DNA of 64,000 bases. Origin: Lama guanicoe (taxonomy: Eukaryota). The position numbers were made by a program, and so were the translations under genes. Numbering within the stretch: position 1 is the stretch's first letter; the number at the start of each line of letters is the position of its first letter. The notes under the pieces are model-generated. The model was not told the origin of the DNA. It made no database searches and worked only from the letters and a program-made list of their open reading frames with translations. This document shows, piece by piece, positions 42,031 to 55,000 of this stretch. Where the stretch lies: NCBI GenBank assembly GCA_013239625.1, contig MU054323.1, forward strand, positions 10,075,186-10,139,185, in the 5' to 3' direction.

Positions 42031-44429
42031 AAAAATCCTTATTCCTTTCTCCCTGGCATCTTAGCCGCCTATAACAATAAAAGTCATAAGAAAAATTCAT
42101 TAGTTTTGTCCAGGACCAAGCCCTAATCATTTCCTAAATTGTCTGGAAATAACAGCCTACTGGTTGGCTTAGAGCCCTGGATTGGGTTTTTGCCCTTCTG
42201 GGTCTGTGCATTCTGTTCACAAAAAACTGCTTCCTCAGGGTTTTTCTAAGATCTCATTGTGTCATTTCTCTACTCTTAAACATGCAACAATTCCCACTAA
42301 CTGCAAGTGGAAGAGGGGCTTTTGTTTAACCATTTCTCATTTTGGGCTATTTGGCTTGTTGGCAATTTTTCATTTTCCTGATAGGAGAAATATTGCACTG
42401 AGCATCTAAGTGAAGTTGCTGAAAATGGGTTGTGTTCTGGCTTTATAGTTTTCATTTTCTCTTACCGAGTCGCCTCCAGCCAAGGAGAATAACCCTGTGG
42501 GTTTTAGGGCTTAGGGATCCATCCTCTGCTGGGAGCAAGCTGGAGACTGGTGACCCGGGCTGTGCGGAGCATGGTGCCTATCGCAGCCCGATGCCCCAGA
42601 GTGCATAATTAATCAAGTTCTCTGATCTGTTTATTTGAAACGGGACTCCTGGGAAACACCAAGCTGAGTCAGTGCCTGGCGGGGAACTGCGTTAGGCATC
42701 AAAAAGTTGTTTCATTTGTCACAGGGCTGAGCTAGGCCAGTAAACAAGCATGCCGTGTGGAAAGATCTTCCATCTAACAGGGTGCAAAGCTCATCTGAAG
42801 AGTTCTTTGTGTAAGTTCTTCTCCTTTTGGGATTTGGGCCCCTGCTTGAATCATCTTTGTGAAAACTTGATCGAAGTGGATAAAATTATTTCCAAACCAA
42901 TGATCAAAATAAAAGTATTGCCTGGAGGATCAGCTGTCAGATAGCTCTGTGCCTTCTGGACTGGTTTTCTTGACTATTCCAAATAATTTAGGGAGCTCTT
43001 TCTTCTTGCCTCTCATTTTTCATTAAGACCCACTTTTATTTTCTTTCTTTTCACATTGGTGTTGCTTCAGATTTTTTTAAAAAGAGAAGAATTGCTTTGA
43101 GTGGGAATGTAAAATGACACAACTACTTTGGAAAACTGTTTAACAGTTACACATACCCCCATCTTCCGACCCATCAATTGTACTTTTAAGGATTTACCCA
43201 AGTGTATGGAGTGCGTAGGTCCACAAAAGGGACTGGTGCAAGAATATTCATATTAGCTTTATTCATGACAGCCTCAGATTGGAAACAATCCAAATTTTCT
43301 GTCAGTAGGGACATAAATAAATTTGGCATGGTTGTCTAGTGAAACACAATTCCCTGCTCTAGATGTGAGATGAACAGGCAACAGGCAAGCAACTTCTGTG
43401 GTGAGTTGGCAGGGAAAGTGAGCTAATGGTTGTGTTCCGGGCACTGTGTTAGGCATTTTGCATGTATCATTTCCCTAGCTTGCCTCCCCTGCTTTGCTGT
43501 GGAGAACCATTAACCATCATTAAAAAATGAATCAGGCTACTGTTATGTAGCTTAGAGCAATCCATCCAGAGTTGCTCATGCGATAGGCAATTCTATCAGA
43601 AACCAGGGCGTGACATCAGGTATCTGCTCTGAATGGCTTCTGATTTGATGATCATATTAGAAACCCCTGTTTGTTTTCACCCATTCTTGTTATGTCTTAT
43701 TGTCTGAATCAGGAGTCACACAGGCATCTCATTGTACCTCTAGAGGTTGACTGCTTAACTTAACTAAAAATTTCATCTCTACTATGTAGCTTATTTTTGG
43801 CATCAAAGTATCTTACATGTACTTTCCAAATTTGGCAAAAATTTATCCAGTTTTGTGTGTGTGTTAGAAGTTCTTGGTTGGGTTGCTATCTGAAACAGCT
43901 CTCCTCCAAGTGGTGACTCAGGGATCCAGGCTCTTCCATTTTGAAATGTTGACAGCTTCAATACATGACTTCCAAGGTAGAAGGGGAAGAGACTACGGGG
44001 AAGGCATACTTGATACTCAACTTCTTTGCTCAGAGTTGACACATTCATCATTTCTACTCACATTTGAATGTCCAGGACTTGTCACATGGCCTCACTGGGA
44101 TGCAAAAGGGCTGGGAAATGTAATTGATCCAGCAACATCTCTATACCCCAATTTTTGTGGCCCAATGGTTTCCTCTGCCACACCCATGTTTCCAGATGAG
44201 AAAACTGAGGTTGAAAAGTTTAGATAATTTGCTCAAGTCACATAACTAGCATGTAGCTGGTCTGGGATTGGAACCCTTGTCTGACTCCAAAGCCTGGGTT
44301 TTACTTCCTATATTTTGGGGGATAAGATAGCTGTATCTCAAGCTTCTCTTGGGCTTGGCAGTCCAACTCATTTTGAACTTTTCAGTTGCTTGCTCAGCTC
44401 TGGCCTCACCAGGAGGAGGGCTGCAGGAA

Positions 44430-46100
44430 TCTGTGAGAATGTACTAAATGCCACCGAATTGTATACTCTACAGTGGTAAAAATGGTAAATATTATGTTAT
44501 GTGCATTTTTCCACAATAAAAGATCAATATGTGCAATGTAAACATTTAGAAAATACAGATAAGCTCAAAGGGAAATAAAAATGAATGTTTACCTATCTAT
44601 CCATCTATCCTGTTTCAGTAAATAAAGACAGATTCTTGCTGTACCTACAATTTGGAGCTTAGTTTTTCTCTTACTATAACATAAGTTTATATTCATATCA
44701 CCAAATATTCTTCATAGCATTTTTAATGGCTATACAATATTCCATTGAATAGAGGAATGATAGTTTCTTTGCCAGACTCTTATCATTAAACATTTAGGTT
44801 ACCTCTATTTAAATAATACTGAAATGTCCTTGTAGGTCAATCTTTGCTCACATTTGTGATCATTTTCTCAGGATAAATTCTGAGATGTGGAATTGCTTAG
44901 CCAAAGAATATAAATTCTAAAAAACATTAATTGACTTTATTTTTTTGACCAGTTTTAAATTTACTTAAAAATTGAGCAGAGTTCCCATATACTCCCCCCA
45001 CCCACCACTCAGTTTCCCCTATTATTAGCCTCTCACATTAGTGTGGTACATTTATTGCAATTAATGAACCAATATTGATACATGATTATAAGCTAAAGTC
45101 CATACTTTATTCAGATGCCCTTAGTTGTTACCTAGTGTCATTTTTCTGTTTTCAGGGTCCCATCCAGAACACCATGTGATGTTTTGTCATCATGACTTCT
45201 TAGGCTCCTCTTGGCTGTGACAGTTTCTCAGACTTGCATTGTTTTTGATGACCTTGACAGTTTTGAGAAGTCCTGGTAATATTGCAGGATGTCCCTCAAC
45301 TGAGTTTTGTGTCATGTTTTCCTCATTTGGTTGGTGTTATGGGTTTTTGAGAGGAGGATGGCAGAGGTAATGTGCTATTTTTATTGCATCATATCAAGAG
45401 TGCATGCTGTCCTTATGATTTACAGCTGCTGGTGTTGACCTTGTCGATGGTCGTGATGTGATGCTGACCTGGCAGAGGCAGTGTGTGTCAGGGTGCTGGA
45501 ATGTAAAGTTATGCCCCCAACTTTCCCTGCTTTTTGGAGGTACTCTGAGCAGCCACTTAGGGAGAGGGGAGTCATGCTCCCCCTGCACAGAAAGATTTTT
45601 AAGGCTTTTAGTACAAATTGTGAAACTATTCTCCAGAAATAGTATAGCAGTTTACATTCTCAGCACAGTGTGAATACGTATCCACTTTACTGCAAATTTG
45701 CCAGCATTGGATATTATCCTTTAAAAAAAATCCACTGATTTTAAAGAGAAAAATCGCATCTCATTTTAATTTGTAATTATGTGTTTATTGGAGAGTTTGT
45801 ATATTTTAAACATTGTGTACTTTGTCGGCCATTTGCATATTTTAATTCAGGGATTACTTGTACATTCTTTGTTTATTTTTTAAAAATGAGGTATTTATCT
45901 TCGTTTTGTTGATTTTTAGGATATTAACATTTTGACTGGTCATATATGTTGCCATGTGGTCAGTATTTTTTTTTTTGCCTTTTAATTTTGTTTATGGTAC
46001 TTTTTTTTGGAGGAGAGATGTTTTCATTTCATTTGATCAACTCTGTCTTTATAATTTCTATCTGTGTTGTCATGTTTAGAAATGTGAAATTTATACCTTG
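44430..46100. mobile_element. Cluster of old L1 fragments, with a minus-strand L1MC/MD-type 3' end (about 44925-45590) nested in an older L1
   Basis: L1 3'UTR signatures such as AAATTGAGCAGAGTTCCCATAT, GGTACATTTATTGCAATTAATGAACCAATATTGATAC and GGCTGTGACAGTTTCTCAGAC. Boundaries are approximate. Confidence 0.7.
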
Positions 46101-48279
46101 TAAAATCCCTAGACAAATTTATATTCCAGAAGTTATTATTATTATTTTGGGGAAAGTTACTATTTTTTAAAGTTGAGTTCCCATGAAATGGCAGGGCATG
46201 GTTTGACTAGGTTGACCTGTGTCTCTGAAGCAGCTAACAGTGGATTCCAACAGTTAAAAATTACCTCCTGATGTAGGAATGGGAAAGAGATTGAGGAGAA
46301 GCCACAGGGTTATGTGTGCGTGGGGGACTCTCTGTGCCCCACCTCTGCTTTCAAGGCCTCATCTGGAGGGTCCTGGAGAAGAGGTGTTTATGCCCCCTTC
46401 CTGGACCACAGCCTGGGACTGGGGAGACAGCAAGCTAGCAAGCCTTGGGGAGAAGTGCCTTGTGTCATCTTGATGTGGTAGAAATGGTGGCATAGTGTGT
46501 CCAGGTTCAAGAGGAAGGGAGACTTGCCCAGTCCAGTCTCCCACAGTTCAGGGTGGCATAAGAGGACACCTACAATGTCCTGAAGGCTTCCATGTAGAGA
46601 AAATTTAGCTAAGAAAGAGTGAGAGCCAGGGGCTTGGCCCAGGATGAGGTGTGAGAACCAGGTGAGGACGGAGCTGCCTTCTCAGTAGAGAGAATGAATG
46701 GGAACCACCTTATGTCCCACAGACCACCTAAGGGAGCATGTGTTATCTGCTATACCCACAGCCAGACAGCACAGGTTAAGACTAAGAAGTGGGCTCCTAG
46801 GATAAGCCCTTGAGAGCTGAGATCAGCTCCAGGGAAGAGAAGCTGGGGGAGGAGAATAAAAGGGAAAAAAACCTAACTGTGACTGAATTATCAACTTGAA
46901 TTGACTAAGAAATGACTAAATTTGAATGAGTTTATCAGAGAGTGACTACACTAAATTTCCTCTGCTTTGAGGGAGAATGGAGGCTCAAGGCAGAAATTAT
47001 ACTCAATTATTGGAGAATAGAGAAAATTACGTTTTTGGACACGAGTCAGTGACTGTGAAATCTGTACTGGCTCCGATAACCACAGGCAGCCAGATGTCAG
47101 TAAAATCTCAAGAACAGAGCACAGGATCATTACGGGCCACTCTTCCAAGTTATTTCCTGATCTGTGGCTGCAGCTCAAAAGGTCAACACAATGTCTTATC
47201 ATCAGAAATCATGACAAAATCCATTCAAATTTTTGTTCAAAATGTTCTTTTTATATCAAAAAACAGAGCTAATGCTTGTTGGTGAAAGAGGTACATTTTT
47301 TTGAGTTCTGAGGGGGTCCAGTCCAGATTACACGCTACGATTATAAACGGGGGAAGATAGGAAGTTCCTGGTTGTTCTGGACATCTTCTGTTTGTCCCCT
47401 CCAGACCTACTGCCAAGCCTCTTCCCCCTTCTCAGTGCCCTGTGGGGAGAGGGCCCTAGGGCTCCTGCCCCCAGGAGGCATTGGCAGGAACTTGGAGGGA
47501 GGGAGAAGAGTGAGTCAAGGTTTTGATCTTCCCATCTCCCTTTGGGAGAGTCTCTTCAGCTTCCCAGGCATAGTCTTTGCTATGAAGTGACGGGCCAGCC
47601 CCATTAACGATTCCACGTCCTCTGCCATTGCTACTGGCAGCCTAAGAGGTAGGTTAAGGGTCATAGCTAAAGGTCTCTGGCCCTTTAAGTCTGGTATCCA
47701 TAGCACCACAGGCAATGCCATTATTGTGTATTTGCTGCCTGTGGGGAGGCAGGCTGATGCACTCGGAGGAGGACCCACCACAGGGAGGCAAGTCAAAGCC
47801 TGCAACCACCACCCAGGCTTTGTCTAATTGGGATCTGCATATGGGCCCAAGGGAACCCATTATGAAAACACCTATCTCCATACCCTCTCAATCAACACGC
47901 TAAACAGTTTGTGCTCCTGCTAAGTAAGACTCATGAGAAATTGAAAAAAAAAAAAACTTTTTCTAGGTGATATTGAGAAGACCCTGGCATGATTTGGGTA
48001 AGTTTCATCATAAAATGAATCTTGTGCCCATCTAGACCTCGTGAAATCTCACTTCTGCTAAGACACAGGTGAGCACCCTGGACAAAGCATATTGTTATTT
48101 TAGACAAATCAACATGGGTTTCAATAATTGGACATATACTGTGAGGCAATTTAGACATGTTTTACAGAAATGCATCCTTTCCTACGTAACAGCATCAAAA
48201 AGTCAAAAGGTCAGTTCAGTGCTAAAAACCTGAATGAAATATTTAAAAAGCTTCACGATTCACCTTCCCTCCCACCCTT

Positions 48280-50253
48280 TTACAATTGATAAAGCAGTAT
48301 TGCTACAGTATTATTAACTGAAGTCCATAGTTTACATTAGAGTTCATTCTTTGTGTTGTACAGTCTATGGATTTTGAAAAATGCATGTCATGTGTTCACC
48401 ATTACAGTATCATAAAGGATAATTTCACTGTGCTAAAAAATCCCCATCTTCATCTGTTTTTCCTTCCCCACCTCCCTCCCCAGCTCCTGGCAACCAGTGA
48501 TGCTTTTGCTATCTCCAGTTTTGCCTTTTCCAGAATGTCATATAGTTGGAATCATATAGTATGTAGCCTTTTCAGACTGGCTTCTTTCACTTAAAAATAT
48601 GTATCTTATCATGTATAACTGAAAAAATTGTGCTCTACACTGGAATTTGACACAACATTGTAAAATGACTATAACTCAAAAAAAAAAGTTAAAATATATA
48701 TATATATCTTAAATTTCCCCCAAGTCTTTTCATGGCTTGATAGCTCATTAATTTTTATTGTTGAATAATATTGCATTGTATAGATGTACCACCATTTATT
48801 TACCCATTCACCTACTGAAGGATGTCTTAATTGTTTCCAGTGTTTGGTAGCAATGACTGAAGCTGCTATAAACATTTATATGCATGTTTTGTGTGGACAT
48901 GAGTTTTCAAATCACTTGGGTAAGCACATAGGAGTGAGATTGCTGGATCATGTGGTAAGACTATACTTAGCTTTGTAAGAAACTGCCAAACTGTGTTCCA
49001 GAGTGGCTGTACCATTTTCCAATCTCACTAGCAATGAATGAGAGTTCCAGTTGTACCAAATTCTTGCCAGAATTGGATTTTAGTCATTCTAATCTGTTTG
49101 TAGTGGTGTCTCGTTGCTGTTTTAATTTACCATTCTCTAATAGATCACAATGTTGAGCATCTTTTTATGTGCTTACTTACCACCTGTACATACATGTTAT
49201 TTGGTCAGAGCTTTTCAGGTATTTTGCCCATTTTTCTAGTTGAGTTGATTTCTCATTGGTGAGTTTTAGGAGTTCTTGTGTATTTGGGGTACAAGTCCTT
49301 TATCAGATACGTGTTTTGCAAAAATTTTCTCCCAGTCTGTAGATGCCTTTTCATTCATTTAACAGGATCTTTTGCAGAGCAGAAGATTTTAATTCTAATG
49401 AAGTCCAATTTGTTAATTTTTTCGTTCATGGATCGTGTATTTGATGTTGTAGCTATTACCAAACTCAAGGTTATCTAGATTTTCTCTTATGTTATTATCT
49501 TCTAGAAATATTACAGTTTTGCTTGTTGCATTTATGTTTATGATCCATTTGGAGTTAATTTTTGTGAGAGGTGTAAAGTCTGTGTCTAGATTTATTGTTT
49601 TGCGTGTGGATGTCCAGTTGTTCTGGCACCATTTGTTGAAAGCACTGTCCTTTTCACATTGAATTGCTTTTGTTCCTTTTTCAATGATTGGTTGACCATA
49701 TTTGTATGGGTATATTTTGGGGCTCTCTATTCTTTCCATTGATCTGTTTGCCTTTTCTTCTGCCAATACCACATTGTCTTGATTACTGTAACTTAATGGT
49801 AAGTCTTCATGTTGAGTTCTGTCATGGTGACTTTGTTCTTCTTCAATATTGTGTTGATTATTCTGGGCCTTTTGCCTTTCCATGTAAACTTTAGAATCAG
49901 GTTGTTCATATCCACAAAATAATTTACTGAGATTTTGATTGGGATTGCATTGAATGTATAGATCAAGTTGGGACGAACTGACATCTTAGTAATATTGAGT
50001 CATCCTATCCATGAATGTAGAATATCTATTTATTTAGATCTTCTTTCTTTCATCATTGAAAGAGAGGAAGGAACTCAGAATTTGGAGAAATATTAAATTA
50101 AACATTTCTAAATTAATAGACTTGATTTTTGAAGAACAGTTTTAGGTTTATGGAAAATTGAGCAGACAGTACAGGGAATTCCTTTAAGCCTCCTGACACC
50201 CTCACACTTTCCCCTATTGTTAACATCTTGCATTAGCGTGATACATTTGTTAC
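48280..50253 (-). mobile_element. L1 (L1MC-like) fossil: ORF2 C-terminal remnant plus 3'UTR, with segments in permuted order
   Basis: Minus-strand ORF remnants LIYTFNAIPIKI..YFVDMNNLILKFTWKGKRPRI..TILKKNKV (49793-49984), FNKWCQNNW...TKINSKWI (49413-49883) and MFIAA..IATKHWKQLRHPSVGEWVNKWWYIYTMQYYS (48669-48875) are L1 ORF2-like with frameshifts. Confidence 0.92.
48608..48690 (+). mobile_element. Short, young, 5'-truncated L1 3' tip inserted in the older L1
   Basis: ATGTATAACTGAAAAAATTGTGCTCTACACTGGAATTTGACACAACATTGTAAAATGACTATAACTC then an A-tail. Flanked by AAAAATATGTATCTT (48593-48607) and an (AT)-expanded AAAA(TA)n-TCTT copy (48691-48710). Confidence 0.8.
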
Positions 50254-51862
50254 TGCTTTCATTTTTAAAGTTTAATACAGAAAGCAGGTATTAAGTGCTT
50301 TTAGGCATACAAAAGAAATGTTTCCTGTCCTCGTGGAATTTACAAAGTCACTGGAAAAGGCTGGACAAAATGCCTCCAAAGTGAGCAACTAATACAAGAT
50401 AATTGACAATTGGGCTTTAAAGTGTGTCCTTCCTTAGCAAAAGGGAGAAATTACAAGTGATTAGGAGGAGTAGTTTGGAGTAGTTAGGGAGCCAGCTCTC
50501 CACGGAAGAGGAGAGATGCAGGAAGGCTCTGGAAGGGCAGTAGGATTTGGAGAGGTGGAGGTAGACTGGAGGCAAAGTGAATGCAGAAGAAATGGCACAC
50601 ACAAGGATGCAGAGGGTAATGTGGAAGGCAGTGGTGGGGGGCTTTATCACATCTGGCAGAGGTGGGAAGTGACCTTGAAGAATGTCAGTGTGAGCATTCA
50701 GGACCTGATATAGTGCTTAGAGTTGCATTTCTAAGCAGATCCTTTGAGTCTGGTTCTTTTAGGATCATTGGTTTTTGGTTTCATGTATACCTCAAGGCAG
50801 ATATTCTGAACCATTTGCTTCTTTGAATCAGACTTATAGGCTCATGCCAGGGAATGTTTCTAAAGAGAAGCACTGCTCTTCTGGGGAAAAGCTACCAAAT
50901 GCGGCTGTAGCTTTTTCATTTGCTACAAGAGTAAAATTTCATGGACACATATCAGGAAGAAAGCAACTTGCTTGGGAGGTCAAAAATAGTGACACTGGAC
51001 CCCAAGGGAAGTTTCCCTGTGTGCCCCAGGCCCCTCACTGCCTGGCTGCATTGAACTTACTCTCTTTGAAGGGCTCTGTCATTTCTGGTGGACAGGAGAA
51101 TTCCGTGGGGTCCCCGAGGTAAGAGGAAAGCAAGGAAGGAAACGTATGAATCCCTTAGCTTTAATCTCTTCTTACTACTTAGGCAAGAGCAAAGAGGGCA
51201 TTAAATGCCCTATTTTTCTTTCTTTCCTTCTTTCTTTTTTTTTTTCTCTTGATCCAAGTTAACTTACCTCAAGAGGCCTCTCTAGAGTTACACGTAATTG
51301 CTTATTCAGGTCACCAGTAATAACACTGCTGGGATTCAAAAAAGTTTTCATAGTGAAAGTCCATATTCACTTTCAGAGCTTTAGTCCCTGCCTTCCCTGC
51401 AGACATTGCCTTCCTTCATAATATCTCTCTGCATCCAATCCTTTCTTCCCTCCATTCCTGCCGCCGCCGGCTGAGTTCAGGCCACCCATCTGACTACAAG
51501 GACAGCCATATACTTGATCTCCTTGGCTTTATAGTCCCTCTCAAAGTGACTTGGCTTCAAAACATTGAATCCATTGTTTTCCTTCATAAAGTCTCATTCA
51601 TTTTTTCTGTGAAGCATCTCTTTCTTTTGATTCCTACCTTATCTCAGGACCCTAGCACCTTACCTCTAACTCTCCCATACATTCTGCATCAAATCTAGGC
51701 TCTTTACCCTGGGTCTAAAGGGGTTCACTCTAAAAATTTACAAGACCATCCTATGCATTTTTCCTGTATTTGGTCCACTGCCATTGGTGTTAACCCCTCT
51801 GCCTGGCATTGTTTTTCTTTCCTCTTCCTATAAAGAACAATTTAAGTTCTACCTCCTCTATA

Positions 51863-52026
51863 TAGGGTTGCCATTTTAAACAAATAAAATACCCAGATAT
51901 CCAGTTAAATTTGATTTTCAGATAACAATTTAAAAACTACAGTACATACTTATACTAAAAAATTACTTGTTGTTTATCTGAAATTCAAATTGAGTTGGGC
52001 AACCTGTACTTTATCTGTTGACTCTA
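51863..52026. mobile_element. hAT-Blackjack MITE (MER53-like)
   Basis: Starts TAGGGTTGCCA. Has an internal inverted repeat AAATTTGATTTTCAGATAAC / GTTTATCTGAAATTCAAATT and ends TTATCTGTTGACTCTA. Confidence 0.7.
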
Positions 52027-55000
52027 CCGCTATGTACCCTTTTCTTAATGATCCAATTATCTTGTATCCCATTTTTTAGTTCCAAAAACATCTAATTCAG
52101 TCTTTCATTATTTGCTATTTTGTATTATTGATTATACGTACAGAATTAATACTTATTGATCAATTATTCAATATTAGGCACTGTGCTTAGTTCTTTTTAT
52201 ACAAAAGCTTATTGAATTCTTAGAAGAAATATGGGATAAAGTAGGTGCTGCTCTCATATCCATTTTATAAATGAGGAAACTGAGTCTTTGAGAGGTTATT
52301 TTATTTGTTCAGGGTCCCAAAGCTAATTAAACTTGATCTTTCATCTGTCTTACAGTGATCAACTTGTTTTAAAACTGAAAGTGCCATATCCAGGAACCCT
52401 CTTGCTTCCAAGCAAACCTCATATGTCTGACTTCAAAGCCTGGAATTCTATCCTGCTTCCAGCTTTTTGAGAGTATTAATTTTTCACTCCCTCTACTTAG
52501 GGTATAAGTTCCCTAAGGACAGAGCAGTATCTAACGGTATTTATGATACTTAGAATTACTTAGTACATGCTTGACTAGTGAGGAGCAGGAACTGTCTTCA
52601 CAGGCCACACCTCTTTTCTTGGGTCTCTTTGGACTGCAGAAGCTGAGGATTGTGTGGACCAGTGTGCGTGGGGGTAACCAATCTCAGATGCAGCTAAGAC
52701 CTGAGCACGGCCAGTAGCCTTTGCATAGAGGCACACAGTGTCCATGATGCGTTTGGCCATTGCTTGCAAAGATGCTAGGCTATTGCTACTAGCAACAATG
52801 CCTCCAAAGTGGTGAAAATGAAGCTCTTTAATAGGTTTGTGGTGCCTCACTTGACAAGCTGAACCTTGAGTGGTTCTCTGCTTTGAAGTCTGAGTTAGGG
52901 CATGGATGAGGCTGGAGAAACAGAAACCATGGTGCCAAGAGGAGTAGAGCACCATAGGGTGGGCAGCAAGCACATCAGCACCTTGGTGGATGGACAGCAC
53001 CCAAGGAAGCTGAGTGGCTGGTGTGTGTATTTTTTTTTTTTTTTTGGTTTGGTTTTTGCTGAAACTGTGCTTTTGTGTAATGGGCACATATCCAAAAGAT
53101 TAATATATTATTACATTATTATATGTTATATAATAACCAAGTGGTTAGAATGATGACATACAGGTGTTACTGTTATGCTGCAGAGCGGTTGATGGGGTGT
53201 GATAGGAAAGGCAGAAACGGTAGGTTTCTATCCCCTAAGTGCATCTGCATAACTTGTTTCAACTTCACTTTGAATGCAGGTCATTATTGAGCACACGTTA
53301 AATATAAAAACTAAGTTGTCTGTGGAGACAGACATTTGTAAAAACTCATTTGCTATTTTTAAAAAACCTATTGAAATTGGATTGATAAAAGCTAAGACTC
53401 TCAAGGTAACTTTATTTTCAGGTGCTCAATTTCACTTCAAAATGCTTGAATTTTTAAATATGCTTTTGTTTCAACTTTTTATTAAGAGAGCATAGCAGAT
53501 GTGGGCATGAAGTTTGGGCAGGGGTTTCCATTTTGAAGAGTGGTGACAGATTTCTTAGTCTTTCCCTTGTTAGAAATTCAGCTGGCTTTTCCTCATCGCA
53601 ATGGGATAATGTCTCAGCTTCTTAGTGTGATGTTTGAAACTATTCCTGGTCTAGCCCCAACCTACCTTTCCAACTCATCCCCCACCAGTTTGTACCATGG
53701 GCTCTGCTCTAGCTAGACTCTTTACTGTCCTTCAAACAGACATTTAGCTTTTCTACCTCCAAGCCTTTCTCTTGCAGAGTCGTGGTTTACACTCTTGCTC
53801 TAGAGTGCCTCGATTCAAGTCCTAGTTCTGCTACCAATTGTGTGATATTAGTATCTAACTATTCTATGCCTTGATTTTTCTGACTGGAAAAAGAAACTAA
53901 AATGACATGTCTCCTTCAGGGGTATATTAATTCATGAAAGTACTTAAAACAATGCACAGCACATACAAAGTACTCAGTAAACACTAGCTCCTCATTTATA
54001 TCACTGGATCTCAGTATCCTCCCAACTTAGCTCAAAATCTCTCTTCCTTGAAACTTTTCCAGACCACTTCATCTGGCAGTATGCTCTTCTCATGGGAAAT
54101 CCCTGGTACTGACACTGTCCCTTTGGCAGGTGGTTGGTGTTCTTTGTCATGCTGTTGTCTTATGACTGTACACTATAATTTTCATCCAGGTGTTTGTTCA
54201 GCCCTCACTTTGTGTCAGACCTTGCACTCATGGCGATGCAGGGAAGCAAGCATTCTTTATCTCATTTTACAAAGGAGCAAACTAACTCAGAGACATTAAG
54301 TGATTTTGTTGGGGTTACTGAGGTAGGAATCGATGATTCTGGGCTTCCGACTCAGGTTGCCCACTCTCCCCCCTTTGCTAGAAAACAAGGAGTGAAACTT
54401 ACACTGTGGTAGCCTCCCTACTGCCCTTCAAGTAGGAGGCACTCCATGTATTTTTCTGATTTAATGGACCAATATACAATCTGATTGCCTTTCTAATGTC
54501 ATTCATTAGTGCCTTATGGTTGTGATTATCTTGATGATGATAAAGATATTGCATGATGTATTTTGATGGGCCTTGAAAAGATAGACTATCACTTAGGGGG
54601 TTGAACCCCATGTGAATCTAAAAAAATTCACATTTATTTTTACTTTAACTGTTTCCTGCTGTTGCCAATATGGTTAGATGTGGAATGTCAGAACTGATCT
54701 CATTATCAATGCAGTTTTTGTCACAAAGGAGACTTTCTCAAGTCTCAGTACCAGCTAATTGGTCTGTCAATAGCTTTCTTTGTTAGGTGAGTCATTTGGT
54801 CCATTGTTGACAAGGTGGAAGCTGCCCTCTACCCATTCTGGGGAAGCTCCACGGGGTCCGACATTCTCTCAATTCTCACCTAATCAAGATGTTATTAAAA
54901 CAGCTGATGATTTACAGGGAACAGGGGTGAAATTGTAATGGTTTTGTAAACAGCTGCTGGAAAGACAACTTGATGGAGCTTTCGTGATGTATGACCGCCT

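Noticed and set aside
49413..49984. ORFs as a functional reverse-transcriptase or retroelement gene
   Set aside because: Frameshifted, truncated L1 ORF2 C-terminal remnants. ORF1, the endonuclease and the RT core are absent.
51195..51245. Hairpin AGGGCATT-A-AATGCCCT followed by a T-tract, resembling an intrinsic terminator
   Set aside because: The context is mammalian, the loop is implausibly tight and there is no upstream Pol III gene. Most likely a chance match next to a low-complexity tract.
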